Below are positions 59,386 to 64,000 of a stretch of 64,000 bases of DNA, in pieces. Under the pieces are notes generated by a model. The model was not told where the DNA came from. It ran no database searches and worked only from the letters and a program-made list of their open reading frames with translations. A program made the translations under genes and the position numbers. The stretch's first letter is position 1, and each line of letters starts with the position of its first letter. This stretch comes from an uncultured Verrucomicrobiae bacterium (GTDB lineage Bacteria > Verrucomicrobiota > Verrucomicrobiia > Chthoniobacterales > JAFAMB01). The stretch is taken from assembly GCA_963837955.1 (NCBI GenBank), contig CAWIPH010000002.1:2144001-2208000 (forward strand), written 5' to 3'.

Positions 59386-59581
59386 GGAAAGGGGACTACG
59401 ATTGTCCTGAGCGACCAGCAGAAGCAAAGCGTACGCGGGCGAGAGTCACGTCTTAGGCCTTCGATAAGCGGTCTGGTTCTGGGTTAAGTTTTTTGGGCGC
59501 GCGACGCTTCTCCCGATTCCTTCCCGCTGCTTAAACTATGGGACGGACTTCTTCTGCCCCAGAAGCCGCGAACGAATACCA

Positions 59582-60235
59582 TTAGATCCGCGACAGCCAC
59601 CGAATCCGGGGTGCGACCGCGAAGTTAAGCTGGACGAGAACGATGAACGCGATGCTCGCGTAGGTGCTTACTATGCAGAGCGCGGCTCCGATCGCGTAAA
59701 GCGCCTGAGCTCCCAGGATGCGGCGTTGGACAGCCTTTCGGACCTCCCCCGGGGCCTCCTCCTTTACCAAATCAGCCCGGCTCGCATACACCCAGCTGAA
59801 ATAGAGGACTGCTCCGAGGAGCAATATATTCCCCCAGTAGCAAAGGAGCGTTGTGCGGTAATCGATGAATTCCGCCAGTTGCCTTGTCGAAAACGGCATG
59901 ACGGAAACGGCGAACAGAAACGCCATGTGAATCCAAGTGAGGTGTCGGTCGGCTCGGGCAAAAAGGTTCAGCTGCGCCTGCTGACCATTCCAAAAAATTG
60001 CCAGCGTGAGAAAGCTCATCAGGTAGGTGATGAATTGCGGAAACATCACAGAAATCGCGTGCCAAAGGTCTTGTTCGCCATGAATGGTCTCCCGCGCCGG
60101 GCCATGGAGATCCAGCACCAGGAGCGTCATCGCTACGGCAAAAATGCCGTCACTGATGGCGGCCAAACGTTCGACACTTTGACTGGCGATCTGGTTGTAG
60201 GAAGTGTGGCTCGCCGGTCCCTCAGACTCGTTCAT
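59582..60235 (-). CDS. TMEM175-family potassium channel
   Basis: RLAAISDGIFAVAMTLLVL; YLMSFLTLAIFW; MPFST. Confidence 0.9.
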   Translation of the reverse strand: MNESEGPASHTSYNQIASQSVERLAAISDGIFAVAMTLLVLDLHGPARETIHGEQDLWHAISVMFPQFITYLMSFLTLAIFWNGQQAQLNLFARADRHLTWIHMAFLFAVSVMPFSTRQLAEFIDYRTTLLCYWGNILLLGAVLYFSWVYASRADLVKEEAPGEVRKAVQRRILGAQALYAIGAALCIVSTYASIAFIVLVQLNFAVAPRIRWLSRI

Positions 60236-60398
60236 ACGCTGATCTCGAAGTTATTTTCGCCACTTTCAACCGGTGATATCCAGAATATTTGGCGAGGTCT
60301 CATCATGACGGCGCCGAACATCAAAATTTCCGGATCGATCAAGAGTCGATGATGCGGTCCGAGGCACTTCCGTTTAAACCCGTTCTCTTCAAACAGAC

Positions 60399-61557
60399 CT
60401 AAAAAGAGGCGGCTATAATTTCGACCATCTCATCGTAGGTCGGTACTTTCGGATTGTTCGTGTAATCGGGGAGTACCATCGACTGCTTGGCCAGGGCTGG
60501 GATTTCTTCCTTTGAGATACCAAAATCTTTTAGCGAACAGCCTAGGCCCAGCCCTCCCATGAACTCGTCCACTAAGGCCGGACACGCTGCAGCCGCCTCT
60601 AGCGTATCAATATCCTCCAGGCCGGGCTCAAGCATTCCTGCCAATCGGGCGAACGTCGAAACCGCCGACTCCCAGGTGAATTCGAGGCAAGCACGATAGA
60701 CAGAGGCCAAAGCCATGCCATGAGGTGTTTTCGGGGACATACCACCCACGGCCATTGCGATCCCGTGGGGCAGGGTGACACCGGCTCGGCATATTGACAT
60801 ACCTGCGAGAGTATCGGCCCAGGCCAGACTGCTGCGCGCGGCCAAGTTACCTCCCTCCCGAACGGCGACCGGCAAAGCGTAGATCACACGGCGAGCCGCT
60901 TCCCAAGCAAAGAGCTCAGTAGCCGCATTGCTTCGCGGATTCAGGATTGACTCGAGGGCGTGGCAAAGAACATCGAAGCCGGTGGCTGCCGTCACAATCG
61001 AGGGCACCGAGAGCGTTAGCTGCGGATCAACAATCGCCGCCCTGGGAATCAGATGGTCATTCGACAATGCGGACTTATCTCGGGAAGCGGTATCAGTGAT
61101 TACCGCCACCTGGGTGGCCTGTGATCCCGACCCGGACGTCGTACCCACGGCGATGACCGGTAACGTTTTGCTGGAAGGCTCTTGTTTGAAGAACAGGTAA
61201 TCCCAACTTGAACCCTCGTGCGTTGCTTCTACCGCGATAGCCTTTGCTGCGTCCAGACTGGAGCCACCGCCGATACCAAGAACCACATCAGCTTTAAATT
61301 TCTTCGCCAACTTTGCGCCAGTCGAAATTAGGTCAACCGTCGGATTCGGCATCACGCCGTCAAAATGTTCCCAATTCAGTCCCAAGTGCTCCAGGAGGTG
61401 GCCAACAATCGGGTACAGATCGCGCAGCGCACCTGCCTTTGGCCCACTGACGACAAGGCATCGGCGGCCATATCGACTCACTAACGAACCAACTTCACTA
61501 ATTCGGCCATTGCCGAAAATGATCTCGCCAGCGTGTTGATATTCAAATGCTTTCAAT
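60399..61557 (-). CDS. Iron-containing alcohol dehydrogenase; start approximate
   Basis: IIFGNG, GVMPNP, IGGGSSLDAAKA, GTTSGSGS, GFDVLCHALES, LPHG, PHG. Confidence 0.92.
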
Positions 61558-61602
61558 GTCTGGACGTCATGATTGTTCCGATTTGATTGCCGCACCGCGT
61601 CG

Positions 61603-62619
61603 TCAGTTCCGGGATGATCCGGCCGTCCGAGAGCGCCAAAGCGTCTTACCCGTTTTCTTGATGATTTCAGAAGCGCCAAAGACGATCAGCGTTAAAATCA
61701 GTACGGCGCCCGTGACTATTTGTTGTTCCTCCGGCGTCACGCCAGCGAGACCCAACGCGTTCTGAACGAAAGCAAGTACCAGGAGCGCGATAAGAACGCC
61801 GGTCATCGTGCCGGAACCCCCAAAGATATTTACGCCTCCGAGTACAACGGCGGTTATCACCGGGAGTTCGAGTCCAACGGCGGTATCTGACCGGGCACTC
61901 GCTAGATATGCAGTCAGAACAATCGCTGCTAACGAAGCCATAGCTCCGGACGCGACAAACACGCCGAGCATAGCTCGTTTGATATTGATCCCCGAGAACC
62001 GGGCAGCCTCCTTGTTGTTGCCGATTGCGTACAAGGCCCGTCCCCAATGGGTTCTGTGCAAAAAGACCGCGAACCCTAGAAAGAAAAGGAGGAAAATGAT
62101 CGAGCTCCACGGAATCGGTGTACCGTCGATCGTTCCGAATCCAATGCTTTGATACCACTCCGGGAAGCCGCTTACGCCACGTTCGTTGAGGATAATCTGC
62201 GCGACTCCTCGATATAACGCGAGCGTCCCAATAGTGACTACCAGGGAAGGGAGTGCTCCGTAGACTACGATCAATCCGTTGAGTAAACCCGCCAGCGTTC
62301 CAACGATAATGCCTAACAACATGGCCACTTCGACCGGAAGTCCCCGCTCAAGACATACCGCCATGGAGGCTGCACAGAGCCCGATGATAGATCCGACCGA
62401 GATGTCGATCTCCCCGGTGACAATGATCAGGGTCATCGGCAATGCAACGATTGCTGCGGGTGTCATGCCTGCCAGCGCGATCGAAATGTTCGAAGGCGTC
62501 AGGAAATATCGAGAAACCTGAGTGCCGCAGATGAAGGTCCCGATTAGGACGAAGAGGAGAAACATCTCCCACCGAGCGAGTGAACGGCGCAGCCAGGTTA
62601 TCGTCTGACCTGTGTTCAT
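61603..62619 (-). CDS. Sugar ABC permease (RhaQ/LsrD-like)
   Basis: [50 protein letters not shown]. Confidence 0.92.
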   Translation of the reverse strand: MNTGQTITWLRRSLARWEMFLLFVLIGTFICGTQVSRYFLTPSNISIALAGMTPAAIVALPMTLIIVTGEIDISVGSIIGLCAASMAVCLERGLPVEVAMLLGIIVGTLAGLLNGLIVVYGALPSLVVTIGTLALYRGVAQIILNERGVSGFPEWYQSIGFGTIDGTPIPWSSIIFLLFFLGFAVFLHRTHWGRALYAIGNNKEAARFSGINIKRAMLGVFVASGAMASLAAIVLTAYLASARSDTAVGLELPVITAVVLGGVNIFGGSGTMTGVLIALLVLAFVQNALGLAGVTPEEQQIVTGAVLILTLIVFGASEIIKKTGKTLWRSRTAGSSRN

Positions 62620-64000
62620 CGAGCGAACCTCCCTGGCATTAATTGCCCGCGTCGAGACTTGCGCTCCACCTGCTCGGCTCGTCTTGCCAAATGGCTATAG
62701 AAAAGCACGGTGACGAGGATCGCCGCACCGACTACTGCCTGCAGCCAGAACCGGTTGATCCCTAAGAGCTGAACCCCGTTCTGCAGGACAGCAAAGATCA
62801 CCGCGCCAATAGCCGCGCCATATACCGATCCGCTCCCGCCGAAAATGCTGACTCCTCCGACCACAACCGCCGAGATCGCTTGTAAATGGAGATCGGGCGC
62901 GATCACTGCGTCCACTGTTCCGAAACGAGCGCCCCAGAGGACGCCGACAAGGCCGCACAACAGTCCCGATAGGATGAATACCAAAGCAATATGCCGCTGC
63001 TCGCTAATACCGGCGAAGCGCGCGCTCTCCTGGTTGCTGCCGAGCGCATACAGGTTTCGCCCGGTCCGCGTGAAACGGGCGGCTAATCCGAACGCGACGG
63101 TCAGAAGGACTGCCAGCCAGACGAGCAGCGGCACGTTGGCAAGGTGAGCCCGAGCGATCTCCCCATAGCTATCTGGCAAGACTGTTGCTGAGATCTGGCG
63201 ACCGCCCGCGAGGACGATCACGCCGCCGCGATACATCGCGAGCGTCCCCAGCGTGGCGACGATCGCTGGAATTCGAAAAACAGTGACCAACAAAGCGTTC
63301 ACGGTTCCGAGCGCGACTCCGACCGCACATCCGAGGAGGAGTACCAAGAGAATCCCACCGTCGGGGTGATGCTGCAGCCAGTCGGCCGAAATGAATGCGC
63401 TGGTTGCGACGATGGCGCCGACCGAGAGATCGATCTGTCGTGCAATGATGACGAGGGCTTCGCCGAGAGCAACGATGCACACAAGAGTGGCTGACAGGGC
63501 GACCTGTTCGAGATTTGCTCCCTGCAGAAAGCGAGGCTCGCGTGTCGTCACTGCGGCGCAGATGAGGAGAAGAGCCAGAATGAGACCTAGCTCCCGGACA
63601 CGCAGCAGTTGTCCTAGGAGCGAACGGCCGGGCGAAAGCGTCGTCTTCTCTTCAGATTTCGATGCGGCGCCCAGAGGGTCGGACGCGTCGTGGTCTCGGG
63701 CTGTGTGAGCGGCAGCGAGCAGAATCGTCTCGCGATCAAATGAAGCACGGACGGATTCGGCAGCGATGCGGCCGCCCCGAAAGACGAGGATCCGATCGGC
63801 CATCCCGATCACCTCCTGCGCATCGTCGCTGATGAGGATGACGGCGATTCCCTGGGCCGCCAAGTGGGAGACAATACGATGGATTTCCGCCTTGGCTCCG
63901 ACGTCAACTCCTCGCGTTGGTTCGTCGAGGATGAGGACTCTTGGCGATGGAATTAGCCATTTCGCTAGCAGTACCTTTTGCTGGTTGCCACCGGAGAGCG
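62616..64000 (-). CDS. Sugar ABC ATPase fused in frame to a RhaP/LsrC-like permease (5' part beyond window)
   Basis: Frame is open from 63998: [22 protein letters not shown], then a linker and [12 protein letters not shown] permease with no stop. Confidence 0.85.
   Translation of the reverse strand, partial: LSGGNQQKVLLAKWLIPSPRVLILDEPTRGVDVGAKAEIHRIVSHLAAQGIAVILISDDAQEVIGMADRILVFRGGRIAAESVRASFDRETILLAAAHTARDHDASDPLGAASKSEEKTTLSPGRSLLGQLLRVRELGLILALLLICAAVTTREPRFLQGANLEQVALSATLVCIVALGEALVIIARQIDLSVGAIVATSAFISADWLQHHPDGGILLVLLLGCAVGVALGTVNALLVTVFRIPAIVATLGTLAMYRGGVIVLAGGRQISATVLPDSYGEIARAHLANVPLLVWLAVLLTVAFGLAARFTRTGRNLYALGSNQESARFAGISEQRHIALVFILSGLLCGLVGVLWGARFGTVDAVIAPDLHLQAISAVVVGGVSIFGGSGSVYGAAIGAVIFAVLQNGVQLLGINRFWLQAVVGAAILVTVLFYSHLARRAEQVERKSRRGQLMPGRFAR

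Overview
This is a 64-kb bacterial chromosomal window of moderate to high GC. Gene content and intergenic repeat style suggest a soil Verrucomicrobiota (Chthoniobacterales-like) genome, but that is inference only. Most of it is ordinary accessory metabolism: four sugar ABC transporter clusters, two RND efflux pairs, a multicopper oxidase, a CocE/NonD hydrolase, oxidoreductases and regulators. Many modular REP/REPIN-like palindromes and heptamer repeats lie between the genes. The stand-out element is an intact 2,291-bp IS1-like cargo transposon (24117-26407) with 20-bp terminal inverted repeats, a perfect 8-bp target-site duplication (AATCTTCG) and an intact DDE transposase. It carries four small ORFs and a complete 93-nt tRNA gene (25489-25581, minus strand). 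The tRNA has a serine-type body (long variable arm, G1:C72/G2:C71/A3:U70) but a proline anticodon AGG, making it a candidate mobile Pro-to-Ser mistranslating tRNA. It lies directly behind a coiled-coil/winged-helix gene with its own palindromic operator. Frameshifts clustered at about 51.5-58.6 kb look like homopolymer sequencing errors. All family calls come from motif recognition by eye; no database searches were run.
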